Source of the DNA: Hyaloraphidium curvatum SAG 235-1
Taxonomy: Eukaryota > Fungi > Monoblepharomycota
Direction of reading: 5' to 3'
Length of the DNA stretch: 64,000 nucleotides
Assembly: GCA_025558095.1 (NCBI GenBank)
Contig: JAIVFI010000046.1
Coordinates: 120,332-184,331, forward strand
Shown in pieces: positions 13,219 to 25,138 of this stretch. Position 1 is the stretch's first letter. Every line of letters begins with the position of its first letter. The translations under genes and the position numbers were made by a program. The notes under the pieces are model-generated. The model searched no databases, had not been told where the DNA came from, and saw only the letters and a list, made by a program, of their open reading frames with translations.

Positions 13219-13427
13219 GGCGGTCACTGTGGCGATCAATCGAAGTCGTGCATTTGCGGCCGAAATTGGATGGATCGGCTGGATGCTATAGCACTATGCG
13301 AGGTGGCTGAAAATGGCGCACGGTGCGGCGCCGGCGCGCTCGGCGAACGTTTGCCGCCCACTGCCCCCCAAGCCGATTCCGCGCCAGGCCCCGAATCCCC
13401 GTTCGGAACGCGTGAACCATTCACAAT

Positions 13428-14671
13428 ATGGCCTCGCAAGTTACGCGGCGTCTTGTGAACGCTTCGACGGGGAAAGGGCGCGTCTGCTTCATGTGGGGTT
13501 CGCCGCCGTTGCCGCGGGAGACAGGCCCTCACCTCCCCATTCAGCAACGGCGGCGCGTCCGGGATCGGCGCGTCGACTGCTCTGCAGTTTGCTCGCAACG
13601 GAGCCAGTGCGATCGTGCTCACGGACCTGGCGAAGCAGAAGGACTTGGGTCATTCCGTGATTGAGGAGCTGAAGAAGGAGGTCGGGAGCTCCTTGAAGAC
13701 CCTCTTCCTGCCTCAGGACGTGACGAAAGAGGCCGAATGGATCAAAGTGATGGAGGAGTGCGTCTTTTCCCTTCGGATACAGCACTGGGCATGCTGACTC
13801 TCTGTAGGACCCACAAGGCGGTCGGACCTCTGGACGTCCTCGTCAACTCGGCCGGTATTGGCCGGCACGACTTTGTTTTGGAGGATCTGGAGCTCAGCCG
13901 CTGGCAAGAGATGCTGGACATCAACCTGTTCCGTATCCCTCTCACTCATTCACAACCCTAAGACTGATGGCCCGACCACAGGACCGGAACCTTCCTCGGC
14001 GTCAAGTACGGCATCCGCTCGATGAAGGAGAACAAGGCCAAGGAATCAAAGTCCATCATCAACCTGTCGTCGATCGAGGGCATCGTCGCAGAACCTTTCA
14101 CGCACAGCTGTGAGAGCGCGCCTCCTTCCAGGCTCCTTCTGGCTCTGACGAACGCGCCTCGTCATTTCAGACAGCGCGTCCAAGGGCGGAGTTCGGCTGC
14201 TGACCAAGAGCGCCGCCCTCTGTAGGTCCCCCCAATGCTCCCATCCGGGCGGGTGGAGCTTCGCTGACCATCAGTGCCACAGACTGTGCCCAAGCCAAAT
14301 ACGGCATACGTGTGAACTCGATTCACGCACGTTGAGCTTTCCCCCCCGCGAACGTCGCTCGGGGATCGTCCGCTGACTCCTGCTCGCCGCAGCCCGGCTA
14401 CATCGCGACCGCCATGGTTTCAGGCGCCCTCAAGGCCGCCTTCCCCAATCCCGCCGAAGCCAAGGCCGTCGAAGACGCCCTGATCGCGCGGCACCCGATC
14501 GGCCGGCTCGGCGTGGCAAGGGAGATCGCCGACGGCGCGGTGTTCCTGGCTTCGGAGGAGAGCTCCTTCGTAAGTGCTACATCCGGCCGGATTGGACGCC
14601 ATCTGACTTGATGCGATCCGCAGATGACCGGCAGCGAGCTCGTCATCGACGGCGGCTACACCGCACAATAG
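13428..14671 (+). CDS. Short-chain dehydrogenase/reductase, paralog of 30-1300
   Basis: GGASGIG, LVNSAGI, INLSSIEG, intron-split YSASK, HPIGRLG...FLASEESSF, MTGSELVIDGGYTAQ*. Most intron positions are shared with the first copy. Confidence 0.9.
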
Positions 14672-14779
14672 TGGACGGCAAAACAGGCAGTAAAATCGTT
14701 GTCTTGTTCAGCAGAACAAAGCAATGTCACAGGATCAATCGAAAAGCTATCGGTACAGAGCCTCAGTGAATGGATATCG

Positions 14780-17127
14780 TCAAACAAGTCCCAGATCCCT
14801 TGCGCGAGCCCTTTCAGATCTTGACAGACCACTCGCAACGTCCCTCTGCGGTAGCGGGGTCAAGCCAGGGAAGCTGGACAATCGGAACGACCCACCTTCA
14901 AGCCCGGCCGCGATGTCGTCCAGCACCACCCTCCTCCTGGTTTCGCAGTACTTCTTCAGGTCCTGCACCTCCATGCGCTTCTTCTCCGCCTCGCCCTGGG
15001 AGATCTGAAGCCACTCGGTGCGCTCCAGGAGCCCGGAAAGCCTGGCGAGCGGGAACCGAAATCAGAAACGCCAAGCAACCACCGCACAGCGTCCCACCTC
15101 TCGACCGCCTGCTCCAAATCCGCCTGAATCCCCTCGAACAGCTCCAGCGTCGTCAGCTGGCCCTTGCTCTCCCTCGCCAGGTAGTACGCGTGCACGTAGG
15201 TGTTCTGCAGCGTCCTACGGCACGCGAGCGCCGTCACCGCGGCCGTGGACAGGAACTGCGCCGAGATCCACGAGAAGTGCGCGCCCGTGGGCGTGGTCGC
15301 CTCGGGGTCGGCCGGGGGAGGCGGAGGGGCCGCGTCGTCCTCGGCGTCCTCGTCCCGCACCACCACGCCCTGCATCTCGAGCATCTTGACCTCCACGCGC
15401 TTCATGAACTCGTCGCCGAGCTTGGCCGACTGGCGGTGGTTCTCGAAGCGGTCGAAGTAGTGCATGTATCTGAGAACGGGTTACGAGGGGTCAGATCCCT
15501 CCTTGGTAGAAAATAGGCGGCAGCTCACCGCTTGAGCTCCTTCCTGGCGTCCGAGATGGCGGATGCGCTCTTGGCGTCGACGTACGCGTTGCATCTGTGC
15601 TGGTAGCCTGGTAAAGAACGGTACAGGTCAGCGACAAAGCAAATGGGCAGATCCGGTGAAGCTCACCTCCGATCTTGTTCCAATCCCCGTGGCAGGACCA
15701 GCACCAATGGAACCCGCACTTGCTGCACGTCATGTGGTTGCACCCGCCGTTTTTCTGCCCCACACGAGCACCGCATCAGCGCGCCGGCCCGCCGAACACG
15801 GCCGTCGCACCCACCTCGATCGGGCTCGAGCACTTGATGCACTCCTTGGTGTTGACGATGAGCCAGTTCCCAGTCGCCGTCTCCTCGGCCTTCTTCTTGG
15901 TCCACAGCTTCCACAGCGCGCAGATGGCCGGCGAGTGCCCGCCCTCCTCGCCGCAGCCGAAGCAGAGCTCGGTGCCGCAGGCGCAGGCGGCGGTCGGGGG
16001 GACCACGAGGCGGATGAGGTGCGCGGGGGGGAGGGTGGCGACGGAGAGGATGTTGCCGCATTGGGGCGAGGGGCAGTATCGGAGGTGCGGGTTGGAGAAG
16101 ATGAAGGAGTCGAAGACGAGCGATTGGTACCTGCATCGGCAGAAGGGGGACAGAAAGGGTCAGAAGAGTGGCCTTTGATCTCGACCGGCCACAATGGGAC
16201 CCACCGCTCCCACACGTCGTCGTCCACCAGCGCCCTGACCACGTCCGCGTCCACGGCAACCTTGCACCCGACCTCCATGCACCTCAGCTTGCCGAGCTGC
16301 CCGTCCTCGGTCACGATCGACTTCACGAAGCTGCGGTAGCAGTCGACGCAGAACCGGTGCCCGCAGGCCAGGCGCACCGAGGGCTCGTTAGGACCCGAGG
16401 CGGCGTAGCAGACGTGGCACTCGAACAACGCGGGCGAGGGCGTGATGCAGGCGGGGGTGGCGGCCGAAGTGGGAGGAGTCGCAGGGGCGCCGTGCACGTG
16501 CACCGGCTCGGCGGGGGAGTTGGTTTCGGGGGTCGTTTCTTCCGTGGCTTCCGTGCCGATGTCCTCCAGATCACGTTCGTCCTCCGGTTCCGGCGCGGCG
16601 GCCTTGCCCCGGCGCGAAGACTTCCGCGTGGCCTTCTTCTTGGGCGCGGCCTTTTTCGCGGGGCGCTTCCGCTTCGTTGCAGGCGTGCTGGAGGATTCGT
16701 CGACGTCGGTGGCCACGGCGACGGGTGCGGCGTTCGCACCACCACCCACGTCCCCCCCGGCGACCGGCTCCTCTTCGACCGGCGGACCTTCCGGTAGCAG
16801 CCCCGCGGCGCGCAGCAGCTTCTCGTCGTCTGCGAGGAAGTCGTCGACCAGCTTCTCCTTGTCCCACGAGTGCGCGGCCAGCAGCGCCTGTGCGTGCGCG
16901 GTTGGGAGGCCGAGCAGCCCGGCGGTCTCGGCGACGGCGTCCGCCTGCGCTCTCAGCAGCTCCGCGCGCGACCGCACGACGCATTCGAGCAGCTCGCCGG
17001 CCGCGGGCGCGCTGTCCGCCGGCTGCGCGTGCACCGCGCCGAACACGCCAAAGTCGCCGTCCGACGCGCCGCCGTCCGAGAACGCGTCCGACCCGTCGGC
17101 CCACCCGCCATCGCCGTCGGAGGACAT
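14780..17127 (-). CDS. ARI1: Ariadne-family RBR E3 ubiquitin ligase
   Basis: Acidic N-terminus; UBA-like LLAAHSWDKEKLVDDF; RING1 CHVC...CGHRFCVDC; IBR CACGTELCFGC...H...C; WLIVNTKECIKC; RING2 KNGGCNHMTCSKCGFHWCWSC; Ariadne domain HYFDRFENH. Confidence 0.9.
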
Positions 17128-17449
17128 CGCGGAGGCAGCGGGCGCCGGCTGGCGCGGCACGGGAGGGGGATATGGGGGAGTTCGACCAGGCTCTGAGAGG
17201 GACGCACGAACCGGCCGATGCGGTAAGGCGCATACCCAGATCACCTCGTGCTTGCACATCAGGCTGTCGAGGGCATCATCCGCGATACCGAAACAGTCGG
17301 AGGAGGTGGGAAGGGCCTGATTTTTGTTGTTAATGGCACCTTGTCGCTCGCTCGCTCAAGCAACCCGTGCTGGCTGTTGCAACCCCTGCCTCGCATTCCA
17401 ATGCAGCTACAAAGCGAAGCAATCCAAAAACTAATGTTTCACCGGCTCA

Positions 17450-19106
17450 TCACCGGCTTTTCATCTTGTACTCGATGATCGCAGGCTCCGCCGGCCTCAT
17501 CACGCCCATGATCTGCTGCTCGTTCCCAGAGACGGGCTTCACCAGCTCGAACTTTTCGAACCTCTCGACCATGTTGACGATCTGCATCTTGATCACCTGT
17601 GTGGCCACCTTCTCCCCAATGCAGGCGTGGCGCCCCGCGCCAAAGACGAACAGTTTGCCCTGCCGCGCGAGCGACCTGTCGATCCCCCCTCCCGAAGCCA
17701 GATGCCTCTCCGGCCTGTACGCCCCGTCCGAGAAGAGGTGCTCGAGGCCGTGTAAATGGGAGGTCTTGAGAAGTAGGATCGAGCCCTTGGGCAGGTGCCG
17801 CCCGCCGAGCACCGCGTCGGACATGGCGCGGCGCACGCGGAGGCGTTGACCTTGACGCGCAGGTTCTCGCGGAGGCAGGCCTCGATGAAGACGAGCGAGT
17901 CGAGCAAGGAAGCGTTCATGGTCCCTTTGGCAGCGAGATCCGGATGCGCGAGGCGGGCTTCGGCGATCTCGGCCTTGGCTCGCGCCATGTGCTCCGGGTG
18001 GGACACGAGGTTGATCATCGTCCTTCACGCTGCCATCAGCACACAGCAAAGAGACTGCACTGTTTGTGGTTACTTACCAGCAAGCCGTCGCAAACGTATT
18101 GGAGTTGGCTGCAATGATGAGAGAGACAACCATGAAGGTCTGGTCGAGGCGGTCATCCGAAGCCACTCTCCAACAGCCGCAGGTGTGTCTCACCAGGTAC
18201 TCCGTATCCAGCACCGCTTTGTCGTCGTCCGCAACCAGCTCGTCCATGAGGTAGCGGAAAAAATCCCTCTCCCCGTCCTTCCCTGTTTGCGCTCGCGCCA
18301 TCCGCTTCTTCGCGACCTCGCTGACCATCGCAACCAGCCGCTCGTGTGCGGCCATGACGTTGCGCCCCTCCGCCGTCCAATGGAACAACCAGCGAGGGAG
18401 GAGGGGGATCCAGGGGCCACGCATGAGGCCTTCCTGCGGATCGACGATGCGGACGTCCTCGCTGAAGCGACGGAGGGCATCCGCGTCCAGGTCATCTTGT
18501 CCCATGATTGCCTGTATGGTATTTGTTTTCGTCAGCTCGTTGGCGACTGGTGCCCCCTCCGGCCAAACCACCTTTGCCAGAAGCTCCGTGGTTAGATGGT
18601 ACAAAGTCTCAAAGACGTCGAATTCCCCGCTCTCCGGCCACGAATCCATGTGCTTGTTGAGCTCCTCGAAGACCACGGCGATGAACCTGCCGTGCTTGTC
18701 CGGCGACACGGCGCGCGCCATCTGCACACATCCTCCTCGACTGCTCGTCCCCCGCCATCTCGCGATGGTTGAAGTTTCCGATGAGCAGCCGGATGCCCTC
18801 GAACATGCTGAGCTGCTTGCAGTTGATCAGCTCGGGTGTCGCCGCGTCGCCGACGGCGAAGTGCAGCCGCGGCAGGAGCGGGATCCGCGGCAGCGCGACG
18901 ATGCCCGCGGCGGCGATTTCCGGGTCCGCGCGCAGCTCGTCGAGCACGGCGTCGAAGTCGCCAGCGTGCTTTCGGAGGAGCCCGACGAGGCGGAACCGCC
19001 CGACGCGGGGGGCCGGCTTGGTCCCGGGCGGCGGCGGGGCCTCGCGTCCGAACACGAGCAGGGCGGCGATGCCGAGGACCAGGAGCGCCGTCGCATACTG
19101 GATCAT
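17450..19106 (-). CDS. Cytochrome P450 (CYP51/CYP7-like heme motif), apparent 1-nt deletion
   Basis: N-anchor MIQYATALLVLGIAALLVF; I-helix IIAANSNT; RENLR; YRPERH; FGAGRHACIGE. The frame breaks at ~17841 between ExxR and RRAMSD...LPKG, with no room for an intron. Confidence 0.82.
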
Positions 19107-19716
19107 CTTCGAGTTGAGTGACTTCACGGGCGAAAGTCGACGTCCAGATAGCAACTCGTGGCGCGGGTCCAGGAGGCCGAGATCAGGGTCCGAGAATGTT
19201 CCTGGAACGAGTCACATCTTCCTTTCCGTCGGTCATTGCGAGCCTCGAAATCGTGCTTGCCATATCTTCATTTCTCGTATCTCCCTCTCGCAAACCGTTT
19301 CCATGGCAAGAAAGGCACAAGGTTTCGCATTGGTTTGACTTGGGGCGACAGTTCCTTCGCCTCCGGACACCGACCGCATCGACGCAGAGTTCGCAAAAAT
19401 GCCCGTCGGTGAGACTGACTTGAAGTGACCTAATGTAGCATTAGTGAGGAACGTTGCTTTGCAGCGCGATTTGGGGGCGAGTGCTCGGGCGGCCGCGCCA
19501 GGCGGGAACCGCGGTCGCCCTTTTGCGGCCGCTTCAACCCACTTGAATCCCGGTTCCTGCGCCCGAACACCTGGCAAACGGAGACGCGTGCTATCGCGCC
19601 GCATCGGACCCGCATCGGCAGCCGCGTGTCTCTGAGGGGCCGGAGGATCGCGAGGCGCGGACCGACCGCCGTGGAGCTGCGGGCGCCGCGAGCGACGCCC
19701 CCCTATACCCTGGCCC

Positions 19717-21501
19717 ATGGACATTGCCGATTTGCTGCAGAGCCCTTCCCGCCTCGATGACGCGGACCAGGCGCTGCTGAAGCGCATGCTCGCGGACCCG
19801 GACATCGACCCCGACGAGGAGGACGAGCAGGGCGACACCCCGCTCGGACTCGCCTGCTACTTGGACCAGGTCGAGGCCGTCCGCCTTCTGCTGCAGAGCG
19901 GACGCGTCGACGTGAACCATGCCGGCGCCGGCGGGCACACGCCTCTGATGCAGGCGTGCTGGGCCGGGTGCTGGAGCGCCGTCGACGAGCTCCTCGACCG
20001 GGGGGCGGACGCCTGCGCGAGGAACGCCTACGGCCGCACGGCATTCTTCTACGCCGTCGCGGGAAACCAAATGGAGGTGCTCGACCGGCTGTTTGAGCAC
20101 GCCCGGAGCGGGACTCGGATCGAGTATACCCTGCCGGCACCGTCGGCGGAGTTGGACGGCAACGTGTCGTTCGTCGTCTTCCCATCGGAAGAGACGAAGC
20201 GATTGGTAAGCGAGCGTCTGCGCGAGCTCGGCGTCGATGTCGATAGCCTCGACTGGCTGAAGGAAACTCCGCCGCTCGACGGAGATGCGGAGGAGCTGCG
20301 GGCGGCGTGCCGGCAAGGAGATCTACAGCGCCTCGAAGAGCTTCTGGATGGCGAGATGCGGACCGACATCTCGGCGGGCGATGCCAACGGCGTGACGCCC
20401 TTGATGGAGGCCTGCGCTTACGGCCACGCCGAGGTCGCTATCGAGCTGCTCAATGCTGGCGCCGAACCGAATGCGGTGGACGCCTGGGGACGCACCGCGC
20501 TCTACTACGCGTGCGCCGAAGGACACGCTCGCGTCGTCACCAAGCTGGGCGGCGCCCGCTACTGCGGCGAGCTCTACCTGGTGGACTTTGAGCTGGCCGA
20601 TTGCGAGGGACGGAGCCCCAGGGAAGCCAACGTCGAGTGGCTCTACTGCGCCACGGAGGCCGTCGTTAGGGCCTACGACGGCGTCATCAACCGTCGAGCC
20701 GCGGAGATCAGGGCGGGCTCCTCTGTGCTCAAGATTGCCACGGGGAAGCTGGACCGAACCCAGCGGATCTGGATGCCCGCCAGAAAGAGGAAGCGGGACG
20801 ACGAAGACGGCTGGGAGTCTTTTCCCGAGGACGGCTCGGGGCACGACAGCGACGGGTGCAACGACGGGGATGCCGACTCGAGTCCTGAGCTGAAGCGCAA
20901 GAGGAAGAAGAACCAGGGCACGGCCAAGCGGCGAGGGAAGCGCGCGGCCTCGGAGAACAAGCTAACGCAAACCACGGACTCGGATCCGCAGGCGCTTGTC
21001 GTCGACAGCGGCCTCGCGATCACACCTCTGCCGTCGCTAAAAGCGGCGAAGTCGGCGCGATCGGGAGAGCATGCGGACGGCCGCGATTGGATGCTGCCGG
21101 AGATGGACCGGCTGCGGGCGAGCGAGCTGCACCTGATGTCCGCGGTGCATACCCTGGAGGTCGAGTTGCGGGAGGCGAGGAGGAACCTGGCTGCCGAGCA
21201 GGCTGCCGCCGCGAAGCTGCGCAAGGACTTGGAAAGATCGGCGTCGGATCTTTCGGTTTCGAAGACGGAATCCGCAACCGAGCGGGAGACGGCAGCCAAG
21301 CTCCGGGAGGCGGTTTTGAAGGGGGAAAAGGAGCTGTCGGCGGAGCAGGCCTCCTCGGCCAAGCTGCGCAACCAGCTGCGGACATCCGAGGCTGAGAAAG
21401 CCGAGCTGCGGGCTTGGTTTGCGGAGGGACGGGAGCGGACGGCAGCTCTGGCGGCACTCTTCGATCGGCCGCCGCCTGCGCGGACAGCCGAGGCGGACTA
21501 G
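19717..21501 (+). CDS. Ankyrin-repeat protein with basic NLS-like patches and a C-terminal coiled coil
   Basis: Ankyrin motifs GDTPLGLAC, GHTPLMQAC, GRTAFFYA, GVTPLMEAC, GRTALYYAC; basic patches RKRKR and KRKRKK; heptad-rich tail. Confidence 0.85.
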   Translation: MDIADLLQSPSRLDDADQALLKRMLADPDIDPDEEDEQGDTPLGLACYLDQVEAVRLLLQSGRVDVNHAGAGGHTPLMQACWAGCWSAVDELLDRGADACARNAYGRTAFFYAVAGNQMEVLDRLFEHARSGTRIEYTLPAPSAELDGNVSFVVFPSEETKRLVSERLRELGVDVDSLDWLKETPPLDGDAEELRAACRQGDLQRLEELLDGEMRTDISAGDANGVTPLMEACAYGHAEVAIELLNAGAEPNAVDAWGRTALYYACAEGHARVVTKLGGARYCGELYLVDFELADCEGRSPREANVEWLYCATEAVVRAYDGVINRRAAEIRAGSSVLKIATGKLDRTQRIWMPARKRKRDDEDGWESFPEDGSGHDSDGCNDGDADSSPELKRKRKKNQGTAKRRGKRAASENKLTQTTDSDPQALVVDSGLAITPLPSLKAAKSARSGEHADGRDWMLPEMDRLRASELHLMSAVHTLEVELREARRNLAAEQAAAAKLRKDLERSASDLSVSKTESATERETAAKLREAVLKGEKELSAEQASSAKLRNQLRTSEAEKAELRAWFAEGRERTAALAALFDRPPPARTAEAD

Positions 21502-21681
21502 TCTTGACCTGATTTTGTTGCTCATCTTTGATCGCTCTGCTTGCCCTCGGAAATGCGATCCGGAGGAATCTAGATTTGGCGATCCCCTGCTGCGGACGGC
21601 TTTTCGGGCGGGGTCGCTTCGCCCTCGATGGAAGGCTCGCAGCCCTTGGCTAAGCCACTCGGAAGAAGCTCCCCCACGACC

Positions 21682-21689
21682 TATTTAAA
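21682..21689 (+). promoter_or_regulatory. Putative TATA box
   Basis: TATTTAAA in a GC-rich context, 48 nt upstream of the ATG at 21730. Confidence 0.45.
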
Positions 21690-21729
21690 GAGCGGCCGCC
21701 GGGCCGGCCACCTCGCCAGAACCGCAACC

Positions 21730-23679
21730 ATGTTCAAGTCGACTTTCCTCCTCGTCTGTCTGCTCGCCGCGCGCTCTTCCGCCGCGCCCACGCTCCGGCC
21801 GCGGGCCGCGGCCTGTGTCGATGTCGGCGCCACGCCCGAATTCAACAACTCCCTCTCGGGCATGATCGGCCACCGCCTCGAGACGACGGTGTTCGGCGTC
21901 ACCAACGCGCAGTGCAACGCCATCTGCGAGGACTACCCCGCGCTCTGGGGCATCCAGTACTCTGCCGAGATCCAGTATGGGGGACAAAATGAATGTGTCT
22001 GTTTCGGCAACATGACGACGCCTTTGTCGTCGATGCCGACCTCGACGGCATGTGGGCCGTGCTCCAACCCGCCCGGCGCGAACGAGACGTGCGGACAGGC
22101 CAACGCCATGAACGGCTACATCCTCGGCGCGCCGCTCGAGCCGGTTGCCAACCCGCAGCCCCAAACGTGGGTCATTCCCTTGCTTCCCCGCCTTCTTCTC
22201 TCTAACGCTTTCTTGCTCCGCAGCACCTGCATGGGATTCGGCTCCACCGGTCCCACGGGCGTCGACAACACCTGGGGCGGCCGCCTCCAGATCAACACTG
22301 GCAACCCCTCCATCAACGACGCCCGCTCCTGCAATGCCTTCTGCTCCCAGACCTCGGGCAACACGCACTCGTCGATGGTGCAGATCGGCGGGCAGCTCGG
22401 CTGCGTTTGCGCCAAGCTGAACTCGACCGACCTGGCCTCGATGACCGCGTCCTCGGCATGCGCCGCCTGCGAGGTCATTCCGCCCAGGATCCCTGCCCCC
22501 GTGCTCGGTTTGTCTCCCGATTGTATCTTTGGCGGACTGTTCCTGATGCCCCCTTTCGCAGGCACCTGCGGCATGGAGAACGCCATGAACGGCGCAATCT
22601 CGGCGCTCGCGCTCGTCCCCGTGAACGGCAGCGCCCCGATCACCCCTGTTTCGGGCTGCTTCGATGTCGGCGCCACCCCCGAATTCAACAACTCCCTCTC
22701 GGGCATGATCGGCCACCGCCTCGAGACGACCGTCTTTGGCGTCGGCAGCGCGCAGTGCAACGCCATCTGCGAGGACTACCCCGCGCTCTGGGGCATCCAG
22801 TACTCGGCCGAGATCCAGTACGGCGGGCAGAACGAGTGCGTCTGCTTCGGCAACATGACGACGCCCCTGTCGAGCATTCCGGCCTCGACGGCGTGCGGGC
22901 CTTGCTCCAACCCTCCCGGCGCCAACGAGACGTGCGGCCAGGCCAACGCCATGAACGGATACATCATCGGCGCGCCGCTCGAGCCCGTCGCCAACACGCA
23001 GCCCGCAACGTGGGACATTCTTTGCTTCCTCGCCTTCTTTTCTCTTACGCCTGCTTATCCTGCAGCACCTGCATGGGCTTCGGCTCCACCGGCCCCACGG
23101 GCGTGGACAACACCTGGGGCGGCCGCCTCCAGATCAACACGGGCAACCCCTCGATCAACGACGCCCGCTCCTGCAACGCCTTCTGCTCCCAGACCTCGGG
23201 CAACACGCACTCGTCGATGGTGCAGATCGGCGGGCAGCTCGGCTGCGTCTGCGCCAAGCTCAACTCGACGGACCTTTCTTCGATGACCGCGTCCTCGGCC
23301 TGCGCCGCATGCGAGGTCATTCCCCCCAGGATCCCTGCCCCCGTTCTCGGTAAGCCTACCGACCTTGCCTCTGGTCGATCGTCTCTGATCTCCCCCCTCA
23401 ACAGGCACCTGCGGCATGGAGAACGCGCAGAACGGCGCCATCTCGGCCCTCGCCCTCGTCCCCGTGAGCGGCACCTCCCCCAGCCCCATCGTCCCCACCC
23501 CGACGGCCACCTCGACCGGCTCGGTCGGGCAGACCTCGGCCGCCACCACGGCGTCGGCGTCCGCGACGGCGACCACGTCGGCGCCCGCGCAGTCGACAAC
23601 GTCGAGGCCCAACGGCGCGGGGAGGACGGCGGCGGGGATGGGGGCCGCTGTTGCCCTTGTCTTTGCGGCGCTGCTCTGA
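21730..23679 (+). CDS. Secreted, probably GPI-anchored protein with four WSC-like Cys-rich domains
   Basis: Signal MFKSTFLLVCLLAARSSA. Domains follow CxxxC...QYGGQNECVCFGN...C..C....ETCG. Ser/Thr stalk and hydrophobic C-terminal GAAVALVFAALL. Confidence 0.8.
21814..23467 (+). repeat. Internal tandem duplication (two ~810-bp units, period ~843 bp) including introns
   Basis: 21814-22624 and 22657-23467 encode near-identical domain pairs, with introns at equivalent positions. Confidence 0.85.
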
Positions 23680-23868
23680 GCGAAAGACGAAGGAGTGATG
23701 GTCAGGAACAAGGCAGTTACCCTCCATTAATACCTGTAACGTGACTATTTCGACTGAACATGACTGTGTGAGACGGACCTCGGAAGCCATTGAGTCAAGA
23801 AGAATGGAATCCATTTTTCGTTCACGTTACAGACAGAGTCTTCCCAGCGCTTGGACCAGCTTTGGCGC

Positions 23869-24669
23869 TCAGGCCTTGCCGACGGCCTGGGCAACGAGCG
23901 CACGGACCTGCAAGGCCAGTCAGTCGCGGTGCCGAGGCGCTGATCGCTTCCCCGCCTCACCTGCGCGACGATCTCCTTGCCGGTGGGGGTGAGCTCGAGG
24001 TCCTTGAGGTGGGCGACCACCTCCTGGATCATTTTCTGGCCCTCGGGCGTGGCGGCCTTGGCCTTGATGTCCGCGACCACGGCCTGGATCTGCTTCTTCC
24101 CCTCCGGGTCGTTCCACTTGTCCTTGAGCGCCAGCAGCCTGTCCGCGATCTCCTTGGCCGCGGCCTTGTCCGCCTCGACGTTGGCCTTGATGATGGCGAT
24201 CACCTCCTGGCCCTCGGGGGTCGCGGCAACCTCCTTGAGCTTGGCGGCGGCGGCCTCGAGCTTGGCCTTGCCCTCGGGGGTCGCGGCCTGCCAAGGGGCG
24301 TGATCAGTGAGACGGACGAGCGGGAGCGCAGCAGGGGGAGCGCACCAGCTCCTTGATCTTGGACTTGAGCGCCTCGGCCTTCTTGGGGTCCTGCTTGAGG
24401 GCGTAGATGGCGTCCGTGATCATGTTGGCGATGTCGGTGGTGTCGGCCTGCGGGGAGTGGGCGGTGAGATCATGCCAGGTGCCTCCCGCGGGAACGAGAA
24501 CGAGGCGCCAGATCGCCTTGGCCTGCTCCGGAAGGCCTGGTGGTGGCAGGGGAGCCCGGCAGGCACGGCGGGGTGCCGCCGCCGCGGCGGAGCGAAGACG
24601 CCGACGGGGCACAATCGCGGGCTGCGGCGCGCGGCAAACGACCGCTCCGATGTCCGCGGCACGCACCAT
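23869..24669 (-). CDS. Small Ala/Lys/Glu-rich helical protein with repeated (A)TPEG motifs (5' exons uncertain)
   Basis: Exons read AATPEGKAKLEAAAAKLKEVAATPEGQEV...NDPEGKK...AATPEGQK...LTPTGK. The last exon is VRALVAQAVGKA*. Confidence 0.6.
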
Positions 24670-25138
24670 GGCTGCGGAGCGGGAATGAATTCGCGGCGGG
24701 GCAGATGAGGAGTGGCCGAAGGTTCAGGATATGGGGTCCCGTCCTAGGAAGGGACCCTTTACCCGAGCGGCGTCGGCCCCAGGGTCCTTCTGGGGTGGCC
24801 GACGAAACGTGCACCCAGCGTGACCTTCGGTGGTCGCGAACAAATGATAGGACGGCCATTCCCCTGATGGATTAGTGGGGGCCCCGAACCAATCGTCCAT
24901 CCAACGAAGCGCAGATCACCACCGGCAGTCGACGGACGCTCCCGCGATGGGCGGGCCAAGCCGAATCCCGCCTGAAACTCAGCAATCGTGGTGTATTCAT
25001 TTCATTCTGTCTCCGAACTGGTACCCTACATGATCATTGTCGCTGGTTGCCGTTCGCCGAAAGGATGGGGACGATGATCCGCAGTTGACCCGCACCCCAT
25101 CCGCGAACCTCCGCTCCCACTGTCGCCCACCCCGCACA

